DNA from: Obrimoposthia wandeli
Lineage: Eukaryota
NCBI GenBank assembly: GCA_977020255.1
Contig: CDROCS010002105.1
Location: forward strand, 1-64,000
Length of the DNA: 64,000 bases
Direction of reading: 5' to 3'
This document shows, in pieces, positions 1 to 8,156 of this stretch. Each line of letters opens with the position of its first letter. Positions within the stretch are counted from its first letter, which is position 1. The position numbers and the translations under genes were made by a program. A model generated the notes under the pieces. That model saw only the letters and a program-made list of their open reading frames with translations. It ran no database searches and was not told the DNA's origin.

Positions 1-141
1 TTACGTTACAGGGTTATGATTTTAGTTACCTTTAGCGCCTGACTTGGTATTGGTTATCCACCGATTCTGTAGATGAAATATGAGCGAATTAACATAATGC
101 GCCTATCCCGCCCCTTGTTTTTAATCGTGGATAAATAAGTA

Positions 142-165
142 AAAAGGTCACGTCTGTGGCCTTTT
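142..165. terminator. Probable bidirectional intrinsic terminator hairpin
   Basis: aaaaggtcac-gtct-gtggcctttt stem-loop with A and T runs on either side. Confidence 0.55.
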
Positions 166-178
166 CTAGCTCATTTAT

Positions 179-210
179 GCCCCATTATTAGTTACTCCTA
201 ATAATGGGGC
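179..210. repeat. Perfect 12-bp inverted repeat (gccccattatta-N8-taataatggggc)
   Basis: Read directly from the sequence. Confidence 0.85.
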
Positions 211-311
211 TAGTTGGTAAGTATACAAATGAGTGGCCAATAATTGTTGTCCACTGCAATGTTAGGTTTGCTTAATTCTATTGATTTTTACTTTTTATCA
301 GTATAGTGTGT

Positions 312-330
312 AATGATAATCAATATCATT
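312..330. promoter_or_regulatory. Fur box
   Basis: AATGATAATCAATATCATT has one mismatch to the Fur consensus AATGATAATCATTATCATT. It lies just downstream of TTGATT(281)...TATAGT(302). Confidence 0.8.
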
Positions 331-354
331 TAAGGCTATCGTTAGAGGTATATC

Positions 355-441
355 ATGTCAGAATTAAGTCCTCTATTTCGGTGGGTCGCAATAGTATCTA
401 TTTCGTTTTTATTATTGCTGGTTATTATGCCCCCAGTTTGA
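355..441 (+). CDS. Small hydrophobic protein, 28 aa (MSELSPLFRWVAIVSISFLLLLVIMPPV), putatively Fur-regulated
   Basis: Hand-translated ORF below the track cutoff; AGAGG SD upstream; one TM-like stretch; Fur box 25 bp upstream. Confidence 0.6.
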   Translation: MSELSPLFRWVAIVSISFLLLLVIMPPV

Positions 442-688
442 TATTAAAATAAATATTTTTACGTAATTATAGTTATTTTAGACCGCTATACGTAAATAAA
501 TTATGAGCTTAATTTACTTATATTTCGCGCTTTATATCCACTAGGAATCATTTTAACAGCACAAAATGTGTAGTAGTTGAGAAATATTTACGACGACTCT
601 AGTAAATCAAAAAAGGTTAATATTAGGCAGCTTGTACTTCCTGCTTAGTGTTATGAGTCATAGCTACGAAATATAAAACGGAGGCTGG

Positions 689-967
689 ATGAAAAGGAAA
701 CATCAAATACAATGGTTGAAGCATAAGCGAAAAGGCTTTTTGTTTTATGTATTAACCTCTGGGATGCCATTTTCTATTCCTATGATATTGGGATCCGCAT
801 TTATTCAAAATGACTTTTATTTAGATGTCTTCTCTCCGGATTCTTTTTATCTGTATATCAAAGCAGTAATTATCGGCTTCTTTTATGCGGGAGCTACGTG
901 GCTAGCATATGGTTACATATATGTTCGATACAAAAAGAGTTTAGCTGTAGGAAAAAATGCATCATAA
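689..967 (+). CDS. Hypothetical 2-TM membrane protein, 92 aa
   Basis: ORF track; GGAGG SD upstream; two hydrophobic segments. Confidence 0.65.
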   Translation: MKRKHQIQWLKHKRKGFLFYVLTSGMPFSIPMILGSAFIQNDFYLDVFSPDSFYLYIKAVIIGFFYAGATWLAYGYIYVRYKKSLAVGKNAS

Positions 968-1689
968 AGTGACGTTTCCATAGCTAATAACTGAATTAGC
1001 AATATCACAGGCTCGTTTCTGTCCAAATCCATTTTTGATATTGGTTTTCTTCAAAAAATTCTACGTTCGGTAATTTATGTTTATCCAGTAATAGCCCCCT
1101 TGCTATTACGCTGTCACTGTTATTTCGTGTCATAAAATATACACGATTATTCATCTGTCCATCTAATAAATGTTAGAGATTAATTCTGAGGTGACAGCCA
1201 CATAGATACTCTAAATTCATAACCTATGTGGCGCAGACGGCATGGCATACGTAAGTGGCATGCTATTTTGTGATTGATGAACGGTCGTTAATTGCTAATG
1301 ACGATTAATTGGTTTTACGGACTGGTTTTATACTATTGATTGATATTACTTATTAAAGATGAAAGCAGACTTTTAACGATGGTTTTTGTGTGAGCTAAGG
1401 AGGGGAAAATTAAATATGTAAATCGAAAAATTCCGTAATAAATTTCCAACTCAAAAATAGTGTTTTTCTACTTGGGTTTGTTTGAAAAAGTGCTGTGCTA
1501 TAACGTTTCTTTTCGAAATGGCCATTTTTGCGAGTAATTCAGTATATTCAACATAATGGGCACTTCACGTACCGAATTTTGAGGCTCAGTATCACATATT
1601 GCTCAGTGTGGTGCGTGTAGCATATTGAGATGTGCGATCTTAGATCGTTGAATACAATGTTATGGCTTTTAGTGAGATAAAGAATTCTT

Positions 1690-1857
1690 ATGATAAAAAA
1701 TTTAGCTGCATTTTTCTTTGCTTGGGGCTTTTCTTGTGCGCTTGAAGTATTGTTTTTTTCTGGCGATGTTGCGTCAGTGAGTATGTATTTGAGATGTGGG
1801 ATTATCATTGCCATTGTTTTTTTGGTAGTAACCAAAAATACACAGAGTAAAAGATGA
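1690..1857 (+). CDS. Hypothetical small 2-TM protein, 55 aa (MIKNLAAFFFAWGFSCALEVLFF...IIIAIVFLVVTKNTQSKR)
   Basis: Hand-translated; two hydrophobic helices and a basic tail; more plausible than the overlapping minus-strand ORF. Confidence 0.45.
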   Translation: MIKNLAAFFFAWGFSCALEVLFFSGDVASVSMYLRCGIIIAIVFLVVTKNTQSKR

Positions 1858-1986
1858 AATTTTGGGGTTTCTGTTACGTTGTGCTATATCCCAATACCTG
1901 GTTTAAAGTTATAGATACACAACAGCCTGTCACGTCCGTATCTTTTTAGTTCTGCTGGTTTATCACTAACACATATTTGCCCCTTA

Positions 1987-2146
1987 TTGAGTTTTCTCAA
2001 TTACAACAATCAGTTGGCGAGACTGACGCCATGATTAAAGCACTCAACAAGCTAACAGGGCTAGGTATGCCCGAAACTCAATATATCGTTTAGAACACAG
2101 GCACTTTGGCTAGTATTCACTTCAAAACTGAATTCGGCAACAAAGC
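1987..2146 (+). mobile_element. IS5-family (IS903-like) remnant: transposase C-terminus plus right terminal inverted repeat
   Basis: Frameshifted peptide LSFLNYNNQ.GETDAMIKALNKLTGLGMPETQYIV* resembles IS903-group C-termini. gaattcggcaacaaagc (2130-2146) resembles their IR. Confidence 0.75.
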
Positions 2147-2267
2147 ATGCTTGAGGCAGTAAAATTATTGTTATCGCTGACAATTAATGACCTGTTGATA
2201 CAATAAATTTTCTTCACCTGGGTTAGAGTATCTGTTGAAAATACATGTCAAACGGTTGGTGTAAGAA

Positions 2268-2940
2268 ATGAAATATCGTATAGGTTTGTTGTTCTTGTGG
2301 TGCATTATCTACAGCAGGTGAGTTTTCTCCAGTAGACTCACCTGTAGAGTGGATGTCCGGGAAATTTTTACTCAGAAAGCCCGAGTTTTTGATATCGTGA
2401 CGATTTGCGCTGACCTCATCGGTAGCCAAAGATAAGCCAAGCATGCTGCAAATGTGGCAGCGCAATGGTTGACAATGATCAAAATGGACAGATTGACGAA
2501 CCCAGTCTTATCGCACCGTTGCGAAGCAATCATGCCACTTTTGTTAATGAGTAAATCCAGGCTTTAACGATAAAGTATTTGAGACCTTTGAACCTTACCT
2601 GATCATATGATTGACAAGATTTATCGACGAAACGACACCCGTTTTGGGCGGACGCGTTTTTGCAAGAGGAAATACATCATTTGATAGTGAATGCGGGTGG
2701 CAACCCAGCTTACTTTGCCTTCTGTTTTTAGTGATAAAAGCCAAACAAAGCGAGCTTTATAAACAGTGGCTAATTGCAGAAAAAAAGGGACTGTACAGCT
2801 ATGGTGACCTGACCTGTGATGATGCTTTTTCTGTAAAACAGTAGAGTTCTTTACTTAGCGACAGCGGCTTATCTGTTCAGGCGCAGATTTGGAAAGCAAA
2901 GTGATGAAATGCGAGTAAAAAGCCGCGAAGAGCTAAAATA
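2268..2940 (+). pseudogene. Possible decayed gene for a secreted protein
   Basis: Protein-like fragments in shifting frames (MKYRIGLLFLWCII..., VDNDQNGQIDEP, FWADAFLQEEIHHLIVNAGGNPAYF) broken by stops. Confidence 0.3.
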
Positions 2941-3270
2941 CTCGTGATTTAGCCTCATTAATGGAGTCTAATCGCTATCATTATCCAATTCATATATGGC
3001 CGGATGGTAATTATCGTTACTCAGGGAATATTACTTTAACGTCGGTTAAAGATGAGTGAAAAGACGCCTAATGTCGGTGGATAATAAAGTTTGTCACTTT
3101 TGGCTCTATCTGGGTGAGACGGACGGGGGGCAGGTAAGTTAAATGCTTCTGCCCCATTATCATTTAGATGCATTCTGCTACACTCATTTCATGCTCCTCC
3201 TTTGACCAAATTTTTATTATGATTCAATATGTGACCTATTAAAACTTCAATCAGGTACTAAACATGGAAC

Positions 3271-3304
3271 TGTAGTGGATGAGTAACTTTGGCCACCGGA
3301 TAAG
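3271..3304. mobile_element. Solitary IS3-family-like terminal inverted repeat remnant
   Basis: TGTAGTGGATGAGTAACTTTGGCCACCGGAT begins with TG and resembles my recollection of Vibrio IS3-family ends; no transposase follows. Confidence 0.4.
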
Positions 3305-3370
3305 AGCTTTGCAATACCTTAGATAATCCGATAAATGCTAATTTATAAAATGCACTGACACGGAAATGTC

Positions 3371-3424
3371 CAATGACGTGTCAACCGAGATCACGCTGAC
3401 ATGTGATCGGTTAACATGTTATTG
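3371..3424. repeat. 54-bp imperfect hairpin with a 2-nt bulge
   Basis: caatgacgtgtcaacc[ga]gatcac-N8-gtgatcggttaacatgttattg: 22 paired positions including 2 GU pairs and 1 mismatch. Confidence 0.7.
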
Positions 3425-3484
3425 CCTCAAAGCGTAATGGCGATGAAAGTAGAAACCGTGGAAATGAAAAGCCTTTTTCAGTCA

Positions 3485-3910
3485 TTATACAAACATGTAC
3501 GGTGGGATATTGAAACGGGCTGACAATGCTCTGATGTGTTGCAGGGTCATTGAGCGTTGTCCACTTAAAATCATTGATACGGATGATTTTCCGCCAATTT
3601 CAGCTTTGAAATCACTTTGTGTAAGCCCGTTCTGGTCAATGATTAGACGGAGCATTGAGACTGCCGGATTAATGCTGTCAATATGGGCATTAAACGCTTG
3701 GAATTCTTCACCTTTACTTTCATATTGCTCAATAACAGGAAACATTAAGTCAATAAGTGTCTGATTGGTATCGTAGTCTTCGACAAGCGAATCCATAAGT
3801 TCAATAAGCTCGTCGTACTGCTTTCTTGAAGTTATGCCATGGATCCAAGGCATAGTGGCCTCAATCTGTCTTGAGACCTCCTGCATTACTTCTACGTTCA
3901 TAACACTCAT
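3485..3910 (-). CDS. higA: HigA antitoxin (E. coli YgjM-like, C-terminal HTH_XRE)
   Basis: LRLIIDQNGLTQSDFKAEIGGKSSVSMILSGQRSMT HTH; directly downstream of higB. Confidence 0.88.
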   Translation of the reverse strand: MSVMNVEVMQEVSRQIEATMPWIHGITSRKQYDELIELMDSLVEDYDTNQTLIDLMFPVIEQYESKGEEFQAFNAHIDSINPAVSMLRLIIDQNGLTQSDFKAEIGGKSSVSMILSGQRSMTLQHIRALSARFNIPPYMFV

Positions 3911-3916
3911 AGTCTA

Positions 3917-4234
3917 TTACCTCTTAATCTTCTTGCTTCGATAACCTGCGGTTATCGTGTCGTACTCACTATGGGTCACAATGTGCTTAATAAAACACTT
4001 GCCACCAGAGAACTCGATAAACGCTATCAGGCGTAGGGTGTTTCCGCCAATATCAATGACGTACCATTTATCAACGTACTTGAAGTTATCCAGAGAGGGA
4101 AAGACGGCTTTCAATTCCTCTGGGGTTGTTGCCTGAGTCTTCTTCAAAGCCTTGTATGTGTCATCAAGCGCATCTGCACAATTGGGATATAACGTCTTTG
4201 CCGTATCGAATGGCTCTTTTCTTATTACGTGCAT
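3917..4234 (-). CDS. higB: HigB mRNA interferase toxin (E. coli YgjN-like)
   Basis: ELKAVFPSLDNFKY..WYVIDIGGN.LRL and THSEYD closely match E. coli HigB; toxin-first gene order. Confidence 0.9.
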   Translation of the reverse strand: MHVIRKEPFDTAKTLYPNCADALDDTYKALKKTQATTPEELKAVFPSLDNFKYVDKWYVIDIGGNTLRLIAFIEFSGGKCFIKHIVTHSEYDTITAGYRSKKIKR

Positions 4235-4248
4235 TCTACTTGTCGTTG

Positions 4249-4303
4249 GTTCACATTATGTGAACATCTTACCTGTGATTAGTGTAGTTCACAATATGTG
4301 AAC
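4249..4303 (-). promoter_or_regulatory. higBA promoter with two 17-bp operator palindromes
   Basis: GTTCACATTATGTGAAC (4249-4265) and GTTCACAATATGTGAAC (4287-4303); minus-strand TTGTGA-N17-TAAGAT. Confidence 0.75.
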
Positions 4304-4572
4304 CTGTGGTAATTTTAATCAAATCAATAGAGAGCAGTTCGTAGTGACGCTGATTCTATCGATTTTTTTTGTCGTGTTAGCGGCTTTTTTACGTCTGGTG
4401 TTTGTCCCGCCTAAAGTACGTTTTCCCTATAAACAAGATTAACGATATAAGGTAATCGAAACACATGAGGGTATGCCTGTTACTCTTGGTTCATGTATAA
4501 TGTGATCCAAGTTCTGCTGTAAGTGCACCTAGCCTAACAGTTTGTTTATTTTTCATATACCTGAGACGTCAA

Positions 4573-5835
4573 ATGTCATTCTCCAACCTTGGATTAAGCG
4601 ACCCGATTTTAAAAGCAGTAGCCGAATTAGGCTACGAGACCCCTACGCCGATTCAAGAGAAGGCGATTCCGGTCATCTTGACGGGTAAAAACCTGATTGC
4701 AGCCGCACAGACGGGTACAGGTAAAACGGCTAGTTTTGTACTGCCTCTATTAGAAAAATTCAGCGATATGCCGCCAATACGTGCAAAGCGTATTCGTGCC
4801 CTTATTCTTGTACCTACTCGCGAATTAGCAGTACAGGTTGACGCGAACATTACTCAGTATAGCAAGCACCTATCACTGACTTCGTTAGCGATGTACGGTG
4901 GTGTTGACTATAAAGATCAAAAGCAACGTCTGATTGACGGTGTTGATATTCTGGTTGCAACACCAGGACGACTTCTTGATATGTACACTCAAAGAGCGTT
5001 ACATTTTGACGAGTTAGAAGTATTGGTTTTGGATGAAGCCGATAGAATGCTCGACATGGGCTTTATCGAAGACATCAATAAAATCCTTGAACGTCTGCCA
5101 AAAGAAAGACAAAACCTACTGTTTTCAGCCACATTGTCTGCACAAGTTCGTATTTTAGCGAAAACAGCGGTTGAACGCCCAGTCGAAATATCGGTTTCAC
5201 CAGACAGTACAACAACGCCAAAAATTGACCAATGGCTTATCACCGTTGATAAAGATAAAAAATCCGCGTTGTTGAGCCATATGATTAAAGAAAATGAGTG
5301 GAAGCAAGCACTTATTTTCATTCAAACAAAGCACGGTGCAGCTAAATTAGTTGGCCAGCTTGAAAAGCGTGGTATCGCAGCAGAGGCTATTCACGGTGGC
5401 AGAAGCCAAGCTGTACGTGAAAAACTGTTGAATGACTTTAAATCAGGCGAACTTGGTTTATTGGTTGCAACAGGTATTGCTGCTCGTGGTATCGATATTG
5501 ATGATCTTACGCGTGTTATTAACTACGACTTGCCAGACCAAGCTGATGATTACGTTCACCGTATTGGCCGTACAGGCCGTGCTGGCGCAACGGGTGAGGC
5601 GATCTCGTTTGTATCTCGTGATGACTTCAGACACTTATGTGCGATTGAAACTCGCCTAGGCCATTTGATTGTTCGTAAAGAAATTGAAGGTTTTGTTCCT
5701 CAAAAAGAAGTACCAGCTTCTATTTTGAATTACGTGCCAGAAACGAAAATTGCAGCAAGACGTAAGAACTTCAAAAATAAGCAAAATGATCAAGATAAAT
5801 CACAGAGCCATGCAATACCGAAAGGTAGACGCTAA
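4573..5835 (+). CDS. DEAD-box RNA helicase (RhlE-like)
   Basis: Q motif, AQTGTGKT, PTRELA, LDEAD, SAT, HRIGRTGR. Confidence 0.95.
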   Translation: MSFSNLGLSDPILKAVAELGYETPTPIQEKAIPVILTGKNLIAAAQTGTGKTASFVLPLLEKFSDMPPIRAKRIRALILVPTRELAVQVDANITQYSKHLSLTSLAMYGGVDYKDQKQRLIDGVDILVATPGRLLDMYTQRALHFDELEVLVLDEADRMLDMGFIEDINKILERLPKERQNLLFSATLSAQVRILAKTAVERPVEISVSPDSTTTPKIDQWLITVDKDKKSALLSHMIKENEWKQALIFIQTKHGAAKLVGQLEKRGIAAEAIHGGRSQAVREKLLNDFKSGELGLLVATGIAARGIDIDDLTRVINYDLPDQADDYVHRIGRTGRAGATGEAISFVSRDDFRHLCAIETRLGHLIVRKEIEGFVPQKEVPASILNYVPETKIAARRKNFKNKQNDQDKSQSHAIPKGRR

Positions 5836-5927
5836 AGCGTAAAGCAAAACAGAATACAGATGGCCTGATAAAACAGTAATTTAATGGTTCGTCGAAAGGC
5901 TTATCCAAAAAGATTTATCGAACAATT

Positions 5928-5975
5928 CACCAATTCCTCTTCAAGCTATAAAGCTTAGGGGAGTTGGTGTTTTTT
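5928..5975 (+). terminator. Intrinsic terminator between the convergent helicase and T1SS genes
   Basis: caccaattcct...gggagttggtg stem followed by T7. Confidence 0.7.
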
Positions 5976-6014
5976 TGTTCTGTTCTGTTCTGTTCTTATC
6001 GGTTTTGAAGTGCC

Positions 6015-8156
6015 TTAACTCTTAATCGTCTGAATTACTTTATCTGGGAAGCCAAAGTATTTTTGTGCACCATCATGATCGAGTAATAAACAGCTATTTG
6101 AAGCCGCAATATAAGATTTGTCGTTAGTCGTGAAAATGACCGTCGCTTCTGCCAGTTTCTCGGTAAATAACTTATTAATATATTTCACGTATTCTTTTTC
6201 GCAGCCTACAAAAGGCTCATCAATAACAATGACCCCCTGATCACAACAACCAAGACCCAGTGCCATCCGTAGTGATTGTTGCACGCCATTAGGTAATTGC
6301 TCGACATAATTAGACGACATATGGGTATCAAGCCCATCGGGTAACCATGGGTGTAAGTCAAAGAAGTCGATAATTTCTTCCATCTGATGTTTCGCAATCA
6401 CACCGTCGTGAATCATGAAATTAGATTCAAGCGTTCCTTCAAAAATGTGTAATTCAAAGGGTATGTAGTTAATGGCTTTACGATAGCGGAAATTATTGAA
6501 CTGCTGGATGTTGTAGCCATCCAGTAACACACTGCCTTGATAGCGATCTTCTAATCCTGCCAAAATACTGAGCAGAGTGGTTTTACCTGAACCTGAAATA
6601 CCTGAGATCGAGACTTTGTCACCTGCTTGTACGCTAAAGGCAAGGTTAGTTAATCCCTGGGGTGCTCCTTGATAGCGATGGGTGAGACCATTAACGCTAA
6701 CCTTCCCTTTAAAATGTCGAATTGGGGGGCTTTTTTCTAACTGATTACGGTCGTCATTTAACGACATTAACGCGTTAATTTGTGTGCTGGCAGCCTTAAT
6801 GGTTTTGAACTTGGTAATGGAGTTATAAATGCCCATGATAGGTCCTAATGCTTTCCACACTAAGATAATGATGGCGAGCATTGCGCCAGCTTCTGTTTCA
6901 CCCGCCATTACGCCTAAGACAGCAGTGATAATACTGGCTGTACCAATGGCTTGAATTAACCCTTGCCCCATAGATTGGATTTTACCGTTGGTTATCGATA
7001 CACCTTTGGCATCATCCAAACTCTGGTTATGTGCGGCATGAAAACGAGAACGAATAACGCGCAGTAACGGTAACCCTTGAATGGTATTAATGCTGCGCAG
7101 TAGCTCATTCCATTGATAAGATACCATGGCATTGGCACGTGAACTTTTGGCGGTTGCTTGGGTGTAGATATAGCGTGAATACACGCAAAACACTAACATC
7201 AAAGCAATACCGGCTAATACGGTAAGCGCGGCAGATCCAGAAATAATGGTGATTGCTAAAATGAATATGATAACAAATGGCATGTCAAAGTAGCTGAGTG
7301 TTGATTCAGCCGTCACCAGTTTTCGCAGTTGGTCGATGTCTTTCAATCGTGCTAATTGCGATGAAACGCCTGCCGATGACGTCATTGAATAGGGCAGCCA
7401 TAGTAGCTTGCTGATGACATTTTTAGATATATGGGTGGCAAGATCCTTACCAGATGTTGCGAGTATATTCATCCGAATACGCTTGAATCCATATTCAGAA
7501 AAAGCCAAGAATATAGCTAATGCTGTTAGCCAGAAGAGAGTGGTTTCAGAGCCCGAGGTAAGCGCGAAACTATAAACACCCATGATAAAGAATGGCTGCA
7601 TGGCACCAAGCAGATTTATGATGAAACTAAGGATCACTAAACTTTTTATTTCATCGTTATAACGGTAGAACGCGTATTTGATCCAGTTGGATTTATCTTG
7701 AGATTCTGGTGGTGGTTCTCGGAATATTTTGGAGTATTCAGATATTTCACAGACTGTACATGCTTCATTGGTAAGCGCATGCTCAAGCAGTACATTGTTT
7801 CGGTAATCGAATAACTTTGCCATGCCGTTTTCAATACCTAAAAAGATAGTGCATACATTATCGAATTCGATAAAAGCAGGTACAGAAACGTCTTTCAACG
7901 GAAGCATCGTCGGGTAGTGTTGTTTGTTACATTCGTAATCTAACCGTGACAAGGTGCTGGCAAAGCTGTCGATGTCTTTGTCTTGCGGTATGAAGGCATC
8001 GGTTAAGATTTCGGGCGTACCTTCCCATTGCAGTGTGACCAAAGTATAAGCGATGCCTAATATGGTTGGAGAGTCGTGGTAGCGCTCTTTGAATTTTGCT
8101 GAACCGAAGTCGCCTAATCGTTCTTCGGTGTTGCTGAAATCGATTAATACACTCAT
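6015..8156 (-). CDS. T1SS ABC transporter subunit, 713 aa (N-terminal extension + TMD + degenerate NBD)
   Basis: HlyB-like TMD; Walker A GISGSGKT; Walker B VIVIDEP; non-canonical signature LPNGV. Confidence 0.85.
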   Translation of the reverse strand: MSVLIDFSNTEERLGDFGSAKFKERYHDSPTILGIAYTLVTLQWEGTPEILTDAFIPQDKDIDSFASTLSRLDYECNKQHYPTMLPLKDVSVPAFIEFDNVCTIFLGIENGMAKLFDYRNNVLLEHALTNEACTVCEISEYSKIFREPPPESQDKSNWIKYAFYRYNDEIKSLVILSFIINLLGAMQPFFIMGVYSFALTSGSETTLFWLTALAIFLAFSEYGFKRIRMNILATSGKDLATHISKNVISKLLWLPYSMTSSAGVSSQLARLKDIDQLRKLVTAESTLSYFDMPFVIIFILAITIISGSAALTVLAGIALMLVFCVYSRYIYTQATAKSSRANAMVSYQWNELLRSINTIQGLPLLRVIRSRFHAAHNQSLDDAKGVSITNGKIQSMGQGLIQAIGTASIITAVLGVMAGETEAGAMLAIIILVWKALGPIMGIYNSITKFKTIKAASTQINALMSLNDDRNQLEKSPPIRHFKGKVSVNGLTHRYQGAPQGLTNLAFSVQAGDKVSISGISGSGKTTLLSILAGLEDRYQGSVLLDGYNIQQFNNFRYRKAINYIPFELHIFEGTLESNFMIHDGVIAKHQMEEIIDFFDLHPWLPDGLDTHMSSNYVEQLPNGVQQSLRMALGLGCCDQGVIVIDEPFVGCEKEYVKYINKLFTEKLAEATVIFTTNDKSYIAASNSCLLLDHDGAQKYFGFPDKVIQTIKS

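Noticed and set aside
1548-1835. 95-aa minus-strand ORF from the track
   Set aside because: No family motif; the opposite-strand 55-aa TM ORF is more protein-like
2223-2844. Track ORFs 2223-2465 (-) and 2611-2844 (+) as genes
   Set aside because: They look like shadow or fragment frames of a decayed locus
1-4300. Superintegron cassette array
   Set aside because: No repeated ~120-bp VCR/attC sites and no integrase, despite the small ORFs and TA pair
5976-5998. (GTTCT)n microsatellite
   Set aside because: About four units next to a terminator and outside coding or promoter sequence; no phase-variation role evident
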